A DNA stretch of 47,697 nt from Solirubrobacteraceae bacterium (lineage in GTDB: Bacteria > Actinomycetota > Thermoleophilia > Solirubrobacterales > Solirubrobacteraceae): positions 1 to 47,697 of the forward strand of contig DATJOU010000195.1 of NCBI GenBank assembly GCA_035506775.1. Reading direction: 5' to 3'. Positions 1-8,880 of the stretch are shown here, one piece after another. The notes beneath the pieces were generated by a model. The model made no database searches. It saw only the letters and a list, made by a program, of their open reading frames with translations, and was not told the DNA's origin. Every line of letters begins with the position of its first letter. Position 1 is the stretch's first letter. The translations under genes were made by a program, and so were the position numbers.

Positions 1-621
1 GCCGGCATCCCGTAGCCGCCTGGCGAAGTCGACCTCGTCCGAGTACACGAAGAAGTCGGGGTCGAGGTAGTCCACCTGAGCGGCGGCCTCGCGGCGGACC
101 AGCAGCGCCGAGGACTGGCACCAGTCCACCTCGCGGACCTCCCGGCCCCGGCTCTGCACGACCAGCCGGCCCTGCAGCCCGAGCGCGAAGGCGAGCGCCG
201 TGGCGGGTGACGGGAACCTCCACGCGCAGGGCTGCGGACGGCCGTCGGGGCTCAGCAGGCGCGCGCCCGCGAGCGCCGCCCTCGGATGCTCCTGCAGCGC
301 CCTCCAGAGCGCGATCGTCGCTCCCGGGCGCAGCTCGGAGTCCTCGTTGAGCAGCAGCCCGTAGCGGCCCCTGGCGCGGGACAGGAGCTCCGAGTCGTTG
401 GCCCCCTTGCCCGTCCGGCGCGTCAGCTCGATCGTCTCGTCCACGGCCGCGTGCGCCCGTGCCAGCTCGGCCGAGCCGTCGCGCGAGCAGTTGTCGAGCA
501 CCAGCGTCTCGGTCGCGAACGGCAGCGTGTCCCGCTCGCGGGCGATCGCGTCCAGGCACCGGCCGAGCAGCTCCCGCTTGGCGGTCGCCACTACGCAGAA
601 GGTCAGCTCGGCGGCGCCCAT
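1..621 (-). CDS. Glycosyltransferase family 2 (rhamnosyltransferase WbbL-like), 3' end runs off the window
   Basis: Manual translation from ATG 621: MGAAELTFCVVATAKRELLGRCLDAI...LVLDNCSRDGS...LLLNEDSEL...DPDFFVYSDEVDFARR, a GT2 fold with the LLNxD and FFxYxEExD-like motifs. Confidence 0.85.
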   Translation of the reverse strand, partial: MGAAELTFCVVATAKRELLGRCLDAIARERDTLPFATETLVLDNCSRDGSAELARAHAAVDETIELTRRTGKGANDSELLSRARGRYGLLLNEDSELRPGATIALWRALQEHPRAALAGARLLSPDGRPQPCAWRFPSPATALAFALGLQGRLVVQSRGREVREVDWCQSSALLVRREAAAQVDYLDPDFFVYSDEVDFARRLRDAG

Positions 622-644
622 CGCCCATATTGTCCCGACCTCCG

Positions 645-1739
645 ATGCGCGTCCACGTCGTCGACCCCTCCGCCTACACACCTCCGTACGACCACGCCCT
701 CTGCTCGGCGCTGGCCCGGGAGGGGGTCGAGGTGACCCTGTACACCAGCCGCTTCGCCTATGGCGCGGTGCCGGACCCCGACGGCTACGCCCGCAGCGAG
801 AGCTTCTACCGGCTCGCCTCCCACGCCCGCTCCCCGCGGCTGCGTCGCACGTTGAAGGCGGCCGAGCACGTCCCCGACATGCTCACCTACCGGCGCCGTT
901 CGCGCTCGGCTCAGATCGTGCACTTCCAGTGGCTGGCCCTGCAGCACCTCGACGGGCCCCTGCTCCCGCGCGGGCGCCCGCTCGTGCTCACCGCCCACGA
1001 CGTCCTGCCGCGCGAGCCGCGCCCCGGCCAGCGCCGCGCGCAGCGCCGTCTGTACCGACGCTTCGACGCCGTGATCGCACACTCCCGTCACGGCGCGCGG
1101 CGGCTGACCGACGAGCTCGGAGTGGATCCGGCGCGGGTCCACGTGATCCCCCACGGGGCCTTCCAGCATCTGGTGGTGGAGGTCCCCGAGCCAGCGCCCC
1201 GAGACGCCGCGGAGGGGCCTCCGGTGGTGCTGTACTTCGGCCTCATCCGCCCCTATAAGGGCCTCGACGTGCTGCTCGACGCGTGGGGCCAGGGGCTCGA
1301 CGGGGCCGAGCTGTGGATCGTCGGGATGGCGCGCATGGACACCTCCGAGCTGCGTGCCCGGGCGCCCGCGAGCGTGCGCTTCGACGAACGCTTCGTGGAC
1401 GACTCGGAGCTCCCGGCCCTGTTTGCGCGTGCGCAGCTGGTCGTGCTCCCCTACCGGGAGGCGGAGGCGTCCGGCGTGCTCTTCACGGCGCTCGCGTTCG
1501 GTCGTCCGCTGCTGGTGAGCGACGCCGGGGCGCTCCCCGAGCTGGCCGCCACCGGCGCGGCGCGCGTGTTCCCCGTGGATCGGCCGCAGGAGCTGCGGGA
1601 GGGATTGCTGGCGCTGCTGTCCGACGCCGCGGAGCGGGAGCGCATGAGCGCCAGCGCGCTCGCAGCCGCCCGCGGGACGTACTCGTGGGGGGCCGTGGCC
1701 CGCCAGACGGTCGAGCTCTACGAGACGCTGCTGCAATGA
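645..1739 (+). CDS. Glycosyltransferase family 4 (GT-B fold)
   Basis: MRVHVVDPSAYTPPYD; FGLIRPYKGLD; VLPYREAEASGV; start moved to ATG 645 within ORF 459..1739. Confidence 0.9.
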   Translation: MRVHVVDPSAYTPPYDHALCSALAREGVEVTLYTSRFAYGAVPDPDGYARSESFYRLASHARSPRLRRTLKAAEHVPDMLTYRRRSRSAQIVHFQWLALQHLDGPLLPRGRPLVLTAHDVLPREPRPGQRRAQRRLYRRFDAVIAHSRHGARRLTDELGVDPARVHVIPHGAFQHLVVEVPEPAPRDAAEGPPVVLYFGLIRPYKGLDVLLDAWGQGLDGAELWIVGMARMDTSELRARAPASVRFDERFVDDSELPALFARAQLVVLPYREAEASGVLFTALAFGRPLLVSDAGALPELAATGAARVFPVDRPQELREGLLALLSDAAERERMSASALAAARGTYSWGAVARQTVELYETLLQ

Positions 1740-1758
1740 GCGCCGGAGCTCCCCCCGG

Positions 1759-2904
1759 ATGACCCTGCTGGCGATCCTCTTCTGGCTCACGTGCGCGCTG
1801 ATCGTGTGGACCCAGGTGGGCTACCGCCTGGCGCTCGGGGTGGCGGCACGCCTGCGCGCCCGCGCGCCGCGGGGGGCCACCCCCGCGCGCTCCGGGGAGC
1901 TGCCGACCCTGTCGCTGATCGTCGCGGCCCACGACGAGCAGGAGGTGATCGCCGACAAGGTCGCCAACGCGCTGGCGCTCGACTACCCCAGCGAGCTGCT
2001 GGAGGTGATCGTGGCCTGCGACGGGTGCGCCGACGAGACGGCTGCGCGGGCCCGCGCAGCCGGAGCCGACCTCGTCCTCGAGCTGCCCCGGGGCGGCAAG
2101 ATCAGGGCCCAGGACGCCGCCGTCGCGCAGGCACGGGGCGAGATCCTGTCGTTCTCCGACGCCAACGCACTGTGGGACGCCGACGCCGCGCGGGAGCTGG
2201 TGGGCGCGTTCGGCGACCGCGAGGTCGGATATGCCTGCGGCCAGGTCACCTTCACCGCCCCCGACGGGGCCACCAACCAGGAGGGCGTGTACTGGAGCTA
2301 CGAGATGGGGTTGCGCGAGCTCGAGTCGCGGCTGTCGTCGATCACGGCCGGCAACGGGGCGATCTACGCCACCCGTCGCGACAGCTACATCGTCGTGGAC
2401 CCGATCATGGGGCACGACCTGTCGCTGCCCTTCAACACCGTCAAGGAGGGCCTGCGCGCCGTCTACGTCCCAACCGCCGTGGCCCGCGAGAAGATGGTGC
2501 CCTCGCTCGAGGGCGAGTTCGAGCGCAAGCGAAGGATGATGAGCCACACGTGGCCGATCCTGCTGCGGGGGGGCATGCTCTCGATGGTCGGATATCCGCC
2601 CGGGTACGCGCTGATGATCATCTCCCACCGGCTGCTCCGCTACAGCACCCCCGGCCTGCACCTGATCGCGCTGGCGTCCAACGTCGCCCTGGTCGCCCTC
2701 GGGGGCGGGCTCGTCTACGCCGTCACGCTGATCCTGCAGCTGACGCTGCTGGCCGGCGCGGCGCTCGCCGGCGCCGTGCCGCTGCGCCCGCTGCTGATCG
2801 CGCGCTACTACGTGCTCACCACCGCCTCCAGCGCCGCCGGGCTGTGGGACTGGCTGCGTCACGGCACGAGCGCCTCGTGGGAGGTCGCGGAGGGGACGCG
2901 CTAG
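1759..2904 (+). CDS. Membrane-bound GT2 glycosyltransferase (PgaC/IcaA-like)
   Basis: N-terminal TM helix, LIVAAHDE, CDGCADET, FSDANA, C-terminal TM helices. Confidence 0.88.
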   Translation: MTLLAILFWLTCALIVWTQVGYRLALGVAARLRARAPRGATPARSGELPTLSLIVAAHDEQEVIADKVANALALDYPSELLEVIVACDGCADETAARARAAGADLVLELPRGGKIRAQDAAVAQARGEILSFSDANALWDADAARELVGAFGDREVGYACGQVTFTAPDGATNQEGVYWSYEMGLRELESRLSSITAGNGAIYATRRDSYIVVDPIMGHDLSLPFNTVKEGLRAVYVPTAVAREKMVPSLEGEFERKRRMMSHTWPILLRGGMLSMVGYPPGYALMIISHRLLRYSTPGLHLIALASNVALVALGGGLVYAVTLILQLTLLAGAALAGAVPLRPLLIARYYVLTTASSAAGLWDWLRHGTSASWEVAEGTR

Positions 2905-2915
2905 CGGCCCGGCCC

Positions 2916-3509
2916 GTGCTGCGACGTGCGACGGACATCATCGCCTCGACGGTGGCGCTGCTGCTGGCGAGCCCGCTGCTGGCGGCGGCGGCTGTCGCGA
3001 TCCGGCTCGAGAGCCCTGGCCCGGTGTTCTACCGCCAGCGCCGGGCGGGGCTGGACGGGCAGCCCTTCGAGATGCTGAAACTGCGCACCATGGTGAGCGG
3101 CGCCGAGCACGTCGGAGCCGGGCTGGCGATCAACCAGGACGATCCCCGCATCACCCGCGTCGGGGCGCTGCTGCGACGCACCTCCCTGGACGAGCTGCCG
3201 AATCTCGTCAACGTGCTGCGGGGAGAGATGTCGCTGATCGGCCCACGCCCGACGCTGCCGGTGCAGGTCGAGCAGTACACCGACCGCCAGCGCGGGCGGC
3301 TGGCGATCAGGCCGGGGATCACCGGCTGGGCCCAGGTCAACGGCCGGGCCTCGCTGCCGTGGTCGGAGCGGATCGAGCTCGACCTGTACTACATCGAACA
3401 CCGCTCGCTGGCGCTGGACCTGAAGATCCTCCGGCGCAGCGTCTCGCTCGTGTTCGGGGGAGCGGGTCTCTACAAGGGCGAGACCGGTGGCTGGGAGGGA
3501 CGCATGTGA
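2916..3509 (+). CDS. Bacterial sugar transferase (priming polyprenyl-phosphate glycosyl-1-phosphotransferase)
   Basis: KLRTM, DDPRITRVG, RRTSLDELPNL, GEMSLIGPRP, RPGITGWAQVNGR; GTG start at 2916 inferred. Confidence 0.93.
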   Translation: MLRRATDIIASTVALLLASPLLAAAAVAIRLESPGPVFYRQRRAGLDGQPFEMLKLRTMVSGAEHVGAGLAINQDDPRITRVGALLRRTSLDELPNLVNVLRGEMSLIGPRPTLPVQVEQYTDRQRGRLAIRPGITGWAQVNGRASLPWSERIELDLYYIEHRSLALDLKILRRSVSLVFGGAGLYKGETGGWEGRM

Positions 3510-4507
3510 GCCCTCCCGCCGTGCTGCTCACCGGGGCGGGCAAGCGCTATGACATCGTCAGCTGCTTCGCCGCGCTCACCAAGACGGTCGTGGCCGACCC
3601 GGCGCCGCTGGCTCCGGCCCAGTACGCCGCCGACGTCCGCGTCACCGAGGTGCCGCTGATCGCCGGCGAGGGCTACGTGCCGGCGCTGGCGGACCTGTGC
3701 GAGCAGCACGGGGTCGGCGTGGTGCTGCCGCTGACCGACCTCGACATCGAGGTGCTCGCCCTCGCCCGCGAGCAGGGGCTGCTGCCGGCCCTGGTCCCCT
3801 CCTCGGAGATCGCCCGCGCGACCTACGACAAGTACGAGGCCCACCTGCTGCTGGAGCGCCACTCGCTCCCCTCGCCGCCCACGGTGCTCCCGGAGGGGGA
3901 CCTCGAGGCGCTCGACTACCCGGTGATGGTCAAGCCCCGCCGTGGCTCGGGCGCCCGCTCGATCCACCTCGCGCGCGATGCCTCCCAGGCCCGCTTCTTC
4001 GTGGACTATGTCCCCGAGCCGTCCATGGTGCAGCGCGCGATGGGGGGCCCGGAGCTGTCGATCGACTGCCTCGGGGACCAGCAGGGGCGGTGCCTCAACG
4101 CGATCCCGAGGACGATGCTCGAGTCCCGCGGCGGGGAGTCGATCAAGGGCCAGGTGGTCCGCGACGAGGAGCTGATCGAGCTCGGACGCACCGTCATGGA
4201 GCGCCTGCGGGTTCGTGGGCCCGCCACCATCCAGGTGTTCCGCGACCCCGACATCGGCGTCGCGATCACCGACGTGAACACTCGCTTCGGCGGGGCCTTC
4301 CCGGCACCCGCCTATGCCGCCCTGCCGGGCCGGACCTACCCCGAGCTGATCGTGGCGATGGCGGCCGGAGAGGAGCCCGAGCCGCACGTCGGGGAGTTCG
4401 ACGCCGGGATCAGCTTCACCCGCTACTACTGGCAGCTGGAGCTGGACGCCGACATGCGCCCGACGGGCCGTGAGATCGTGCCGGGAGGGCCGCGGCCCCC
4501 GCGGTGA
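3506..4507 (+). CDS. ATP-grasp domain protein (carbamoyl-phosphate synthase-like, polysaccharide-locus type)
   Basis: VLLTGAGKR, DKYEAH, YPVMVKPRRGSGA, DVNTRFGGAFP; GTGA overlap with upstream stop. Confidence 0.85.
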   Translation: MSPPAVLLTGAGKRYDIVSCFAALTKTVVADPAPLAPAQYAADVRVTEVPLIAGEGYVPALADLCEQHGVGVVLPLTDLDIEVLALAREQGLLPALVPSSEIARATYDKYEAHLLLERHSLPSPPTVLPEGDLEALDYPVMVKPRRGSGARSIHLARDASQARFFVDYVPEPSMVQRAMGGPELSIDCLGDQQGRCLNAIPRTMLESRGGESIKGQVVRDEELIELGRTVMERLRVRGPATIQVFRDPDIGVAITDVNTRFGGAFPAPAYAALPGRTYPELIVAMAAGEEPEPHVGEFDAGISFTRYYWQLELDADMRPTGREIVPGGPRPPR

Positions 4508-4558
4508 GGGGCCTGCATGCCGCTTATGCGGCTGCCCCGCGGGTAAAATCCGGCTGCC

Positions 4559-5656
4559 ATGTCCACGGTTGTCGACGAGCACCCAACCGCGCCGGAGCGC
4601 GACCCCGGGGGAGACCAGCAGGCCCGCGAGGACGGCTCGGCGGGCCCGCCCGCCACAGGGCCCGGAGAGGCCACCGCCACCCACCCCTGCCCGAACTGCG
4701 GTGCCCCGATGGAGCCCGGTCAGGAATGGTGCCTGCAGTGCGGCGCGGCGGCCCCGGGAGCACTCGAGCGGGCGCCGTGGCGATCGACGGGCCTGATCGT
4801 GGCGGTGATCGCCGCGCTGGCCCTCGGTGCCGCGGCCGCGGCGGTGGCGGCGCTCGACCAGAACTCCCCGGCCCCCAGGACGGTGACCAGCATCGTCGCG
4901 AGCGCACCCGTCACCACGCCCCCGGCGGCGACGACCACTCCGACGCCGTCCCCTACACCGACGCCGCCTCCCGCCACGACCAAAGCGGCTCCGCTCCCGA
5001 GCACGCCGGCAAAACTCCCCAAGATCCCCACCACCACCACGTCGACGACGCCCCTGCCGACCTCCACCGGCAGCTCCACCACCGGCACGGGCACGGGCGC
5101 GAACGGCGAATCGCAGGGCTCGGCCGGGTCCGGCTCGCAAGCCACCGGCTCCGGTGAAGGATCGGGCGGCTCCACCGAACCCGCCGCGCTGCTGCTCGAC
5201 ACCGACGCCGCCTCGACCTACAACCCGTACAACCTCCCCGCCAGCTACTTCGGCGACCCCAGTCTCACGATCGACGGCGACAACGGCACTTCCTGGACCG
5301 CCCAGGTCGACCCCACCACCGCCCCGAGCATGGCAGAGGGAGTGCTGATCGACCTCAAGGCGCTCAAGAAGCTGTCGGCGCTCGAGCTCGTCAGCACGAG
5401 CAAGGGCATGGTCGTGCAGGTGTACGGAACGACCGAAACGAAACCACCGGTGTCGATCACCGAAGCGGCATGGGTGGCGCTGAGCCGCCCGCTCGCGATC
5501 AAAAAGGCCCACACCCACTTCAAGCTGCTCAAGCCCAAGCAGGGCTTCCGCTACGTGGTCGTGTGGATCAGCAAGGCCCCCGCCTCGGCCATCGGGACGC
5601 CCACCGCCCCCGGCCACGTGAAGGTGGGCGAAGTCGAACTGTTCCCGGCGAAGTAG
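4559..5656 (+). CDS. Zinc-ribbon single-pass membrane protein with Thr/Pro/Gly linker and C-terminal discoidin/galactose-binding-like domain
   Basis: CPNCG...WCLQCG, one TM helix, T/P-rich linker, IDGDNGTSW and YVVVWISK...VGEVELF beta-sandwich motifs. Confidence 0.75.
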   Translation: MSTVVDEHPTAPERDPGGDQQAREDGSAGPPATGPGEATATHPCPNCGAPMEPGQEWCLQCGAAAPGALERAPWRSTGLIVAVIAALALGAAAAAVAALDQNSPAPRTVTSIVASAPVTTPPAATTTPTPSPTPTPPPATTKAAPLPSTPAKLPKIPTTTTSTTPLPTSTGSSTTGTGTGANGESQGSAGSGSQATGSGEGSGGSTEPAALLLDTDAASTYNPYNLPASYFGDPSLTIDGDNGTSWTAQVDPTTAPSMAEGVLIDLKALKKLSALELVSTSKGMVVQVYGTTETKPPVSITEAAWVALSRPLAIKKAHTHFKLLKPKQGFRYVVVWISKAPASAIGTPTAPGHVKVGEVELFPAK

Positions 5657-5671
5657 CCCGCCGCCGACGCT

Positions 5672-6730
5672 TCAGTGGCGGGCGGAGCGGGGCCGTTTGG
5701 CGCGCGCCGCGCGCGGGCCCCCGGCTCGGGTGCTGCTCCGCTGGGTCCTCCCGGAGGAGGCTTTTTTGGCCGCCGAGCCTTTGGTGGCGGCTTTCGCGGG
5801 GCTGCGTTTGGCTCCCCCGGTGCTCCGTTTGGTCCGGCGTGCCGCCCGCGGCGGGGCCCACAGTTCGTCCAGGAAGGCGGCGATCTCGTCGGTCAGCCGC
5901 TCGGGGTGCATGCGCAGCTCCACGAGTGAGTTGGCTTCGATCAGGCGGCCACTCGGGAGCTCCCCGGCGAGCATGCCGGCGTCGGAGAAGGGGTGGACGG
6001 GATCGCGTGGATGTCCGAGCACCAGCGTGGGCACCTCGAAGGTCCGCCGCTCGCTGCGGGGTGGGGCCACGCGGCCGAAGAAGAGTCCCTGCAGCAGCGC
6101 CCCGCCCGGACCCGGTTCCTGGCGGATCACGTCGAGCATCACGTTGCCCCAGTGCGGGAGCAGGCCTCGCGGGACGGCCCTCGCGGCCGTCGCCACCCGC
6201 TTCATCACCGGCTCGCCGAACGTGAGGGCGACGAGCAAAGGCGTGAAGGCCAGCGCGCTGGCGAGCAGCCCGTTGTCGAGCACCGGCATCTCGATCACCA
6301 TCCCCCGCAGCCGCTCGGGGTGCTGGGAGGCCACCTCGAGCGCGGCATTGGCTCCCAGGGAGGTGCCCATCACGGCCGCCTGCTCGAGTTCGAGGTGGTC
6401 CATCAGGCCGATGATCTGCTCGCCGAAGATGGCCATCGAGTAGCGCCACATGTCGCGGGGACGATCCGAGCGCCCGTGGCCGAGCAGGTCCATCGTGATC
6501 ACCCGGTTGCCCCGCCGGGCGAGCTCTTCGGCCAGCGGACGGTGCATTTCCTGGCTCAGCATCAGGCCGTGCAGCAGGATCAGGGGCCGCCCCTTGGCCG
6601 CACCCAGGGTTCCGTTCGTGGCCGCTCCGCGGTGCGCCCCGGCGGCGCGGGCGTCCTGCGCCGGGGGCTTGACGTCGCTGGCGAATTCCGTGTAGTGGAT
6701 CCGCTGGCCCTGGTACCTGAAGAACGGCAT
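5672..6730 (-). CDS. Alpha/beta hydrolase with basic low-complexity C-terminal tail
   Basis: LLHGL, DLLGHGRSD, GTSLG nucleophile elbow; start at ATG 6730 (MPFFRY). Confidence 0.85.
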   Translation of the reverse strand: MPFFRYQGQRIHYTEFASDVKPPAQDARAAGAHRGAATNGTLGAAKGRPLILLHGLMLSQEMHRPLAEELARRGNRVITMDLLGHGRSDRPRDMWRYSMAIFGEQIIGLMDHLELEQAAVMGTSLGANAALEVASQHPERLRGMVIEMPVLDNGLLASALAFTPLLVALTFGEPVMKRVATAARAVPRGLLPHWGNVMLDVIRQEPGPGGALLQGLFFGRVAPPRSERRTFEVPTLVLGHPRDPVHPFSDAGMLAGELPSGRLIEANSLVELRMHPERLTDEIAAFLDELWAPPRAARRTKRSTGGAKRSPAKAATKGSAAKKASSGRTQRSSTRAGGPRAARAKRPRSARH

Positions 6731-6848
6731 CGGCCCCACAAGCGTACTGAGGCCCCGATCGCACCCACGGCGCGGGCGCGCTAGGTTGCTCTCTGGCGGG
6801 CCCGGAAGACCGGCTCGCACCGGGACAGCCGCAACCTAGGAGAAGCAG

Positions 6849-7877
6849 ATGGCCAAAGAGCCCCGCATCCTCGCCGGAGAGACCGCCGCGATCACGGGTG
6901 CCGCCCGCGGGATCGGGCGCGCCACCGCCGAAGCCCTCCTCGCCCAGGGCATGAAGGTCGCGATAGGCGACGTCGACTACGACGAGGCCGCCAGGACCGC
7001 CTCGGAGCTGGGCCCCAGCACGGTGGCCCTCCCACTCGACGTGACCGAGCGCTCCTCCTTCTCGGAGTTCCTCGACGGTGCCGAGCAGCAGCTGGGCCCG
7101 ATCGACGTGCTCGTCAACAACGCCGGGATCATGCAGATCGGGCGCTTCATCGACGAGGACGACCTGACCGCGCGGCGGATGATCGACATCAACCTCCACG
7201 GCGTGATCCTCGGCATGAAGCTCGCGCTGGAGCGGATGATCCCCCGCAACCGCGGCCACATCATCAACATCTCCTCGCAGGCGGGCAAGTACGGGGCACC
7301 CGGCGGGGCCACCTACTCGGCCACCAAGCACGCCGTGGTGGGCCTCACCGAGGCGGTTCGCGGCGAGCTCAGGCTTATGGGGGCGGACGTGGACCTCAGC
7401 TACGTGATGCCGTTCGCGGTCAAGACCGAACTCGGAGCGGGCCTCGGCGACGCCCGCGGGATGAAACACCTCGAGCCCCGTGAAGTGGCCGAGCGGATCG
7501 TGGAAGCGCTCCAGTACCGGATCGTCGAAGTGTGGGTGCCCAAGTCGGCCAGCCGCAACCAGGTGCTCGCCGCCGTGCTCCCGCGCTCGCTCTCGGAGGG
7601 ATTCGCCCGTGCGCTCAAGGCCGACCGCGTGCTGGCCGGGGCCGACTTCGACAGCCGCCGCAACTACGAGCTGCGCGCCTCCCGCTCCGAGCCCGGGCTC
7701 GAGGGCCCGCCCCCGCAGCCGCAGATCGCGGGCGCCACGACGGCCGCCGCCCCCGCGCCCACGCCGGTGGCGGCGGGCACGGACCGCTACGAGTCCGCCG
7801 TCGAGCTGGAGGCCGAGGCGCAGGAGCCGGCCGGCACCGACGGCTCGGCCGAGCAGCCCCCCGTCGGCGGCGGCTAG
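6849..7877 (+). CDS. Short-chain dehydrogenase/reductase
   Basis: TGAARGIG, NNAG, YSATK; AGGAG SD upstream. Confidence 0.93.
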   Translation: MAKEPRILAGETAAITGAARGIGRATAEALLAQGMKVAIGDVDYDEAARTASELGPSTVALPLDVTERSSFSEFLDGAEQQLGPIDVLVNNAGIMQIGRFIDEDDLTARRMIDINLHGVILGMKLALERMIPRNRGHIINISSQAGKYGAPGGATYSATKHAVVGLTEAVRGELRLMGADVDLSYVMPFAVKTELGAGLGDARGMKHLEPREVAERIVEALQYRIVEVWVPKSASRNQVLAAVLPRSLSEGFARALKADRVLAGADFDSRRNYELRASRSEPGLEGPPPQPQIAGATTAAAPAPTPVAAGTDRYESAVELEAEAQEPAGTDGSAEQPPVGGG

Positions 7878-7926
7878 GCAGAGCGCTTCCGCCGCGGGCC
7901 ACGCGCGCGCGGCGCTTCTGTCGCGG

Positions 7927-8811
7927 CTACGAAGCCGATAGCCACTCGGCGATCAGGCCGCCGATCAGGGGACCCTGGTCCTCCTGCAGGAAGTGGCTCG
8001 CGTCCTCGATCGTGCGCGGGCGCTCGCGTCCGATCGCGTCGGCGAAGCGCTCGCCGGTGGCGGGGGGGATGATCGGGTCCGAATCGGCCCACAGCATCAG
8101 CGTCGGGCGCCGGTCCCCGCGCAGCGCGTCGAGAACCCGCTGTCCGGCCTGCCCTCCCGGCGCATCCGGGGTCGTGGGGAGCATCAGCGGGAATGCCCGC
8201 GCCCCCGCCTTGGAGGCGGCGTTGGGGTAGGGGGCCTCGTAGGCCGCGATCACGTCGTCGCCGGGGTCGGTCTTGCAGGCCCCGCGCACCAGCATCCCGA
8301 CCGGCAGGTCCTCGGTGCGCTCGACGAAGTTGCGGAACGCGATCCAGGCGTCGGTCATCTTCTGGTGCCCGGTGAACAGCCCCGTGTCCATGATCACCAG
8401 GCGCGAGATGCGGTCGGGGTTCTCGACCGCCAGGCGCAGCCCGATCGGGCCGCCCCAGTCGTGCACCACGGCGGTCGCGTCGCGCACGTCGAGGTCCTCC
8501 AGCAGCGTGCCCGCCAGCTCCGTGTGGCGGTCGTAGCTGTAGAAGTCGAAATCGGTCGGCTTGTCCGAGCGCCCGAAGCCCGCCAGGTCGGGGGCCAGGC
8601 AGCGAAAGCCGGCGTCCCTCACCGGGGGGATCACCTTGCGCCACAGGAACGACCAGGTGGGCTCGCCGTGGAAGAAGATCACCGGGGCGCCCTCTCCGAT
8701 GTCGAGGTGGGCGAGCCGCAGCCCGTTCACCTGACGGTAGGTGGACTCGAACGGAAAGTCCGGCAGGCCCTCCAGCGCCTGCTCGTCGGTGCGCACCACG
8801 TCCTCGCTCAC
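7927..8811 (-). CDS. Haloalkane dehalogenase family alpha/beta hydrolase
   Basis: HGEPTWS, PDLAGFGRSDKP, VHDWGG (Asp nucleophile plus halide Trp), HFLQED; GGAGGAG SD before GTG 8811. Confidence 0.88.
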   Translation of the reverse strand: MSEDVVRTDEQALEGLPDFPFESTYRQVNGLRLAHLDIGEGAPVIFFHGEPTWSFLWRKVIPPVRDAGFRCLAPDLAGFGRSDKPTDFDFYSYDRHTELAGTLLEDLDVRDATAVVHDWGGPIGLRLAVENPDRISRLVIMDTGLFTGHQKMTDAWIAFRNFVERTEDLPVGMLVRGACKTDPGDDVIAAYEAPYPNAASKAGARAFPLMLPTTPDAPGGQAGQRVLDALRGDRRPTLMLWADSDPIIPPATGERFADAIGRERPRTIEDASHFLQEDQGPLIGGLIAEWLSAS

Positions 8812-8880
8812 GCTGCTCCTCCCCTCTCGACGGCCGGCGCAGCATACCCGTTGGTCCATCGGCTAGGCTCGCGCGCTGAC

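Noticed and set aside
4900-5180. Low-complexity ACC/CCG/GGC runs as a DNA repeat element
   Set aside because: Explained by the Thr/Pro/Gly/Ser linker of the membrane protein
3470-7469. Long minus-strand ORFs 3470..5617 and 5568..7469 and similar overlapping ORFs across the window
   Set aside because: Shadow or alternative frames of motif-supported genes, without coding-like composition
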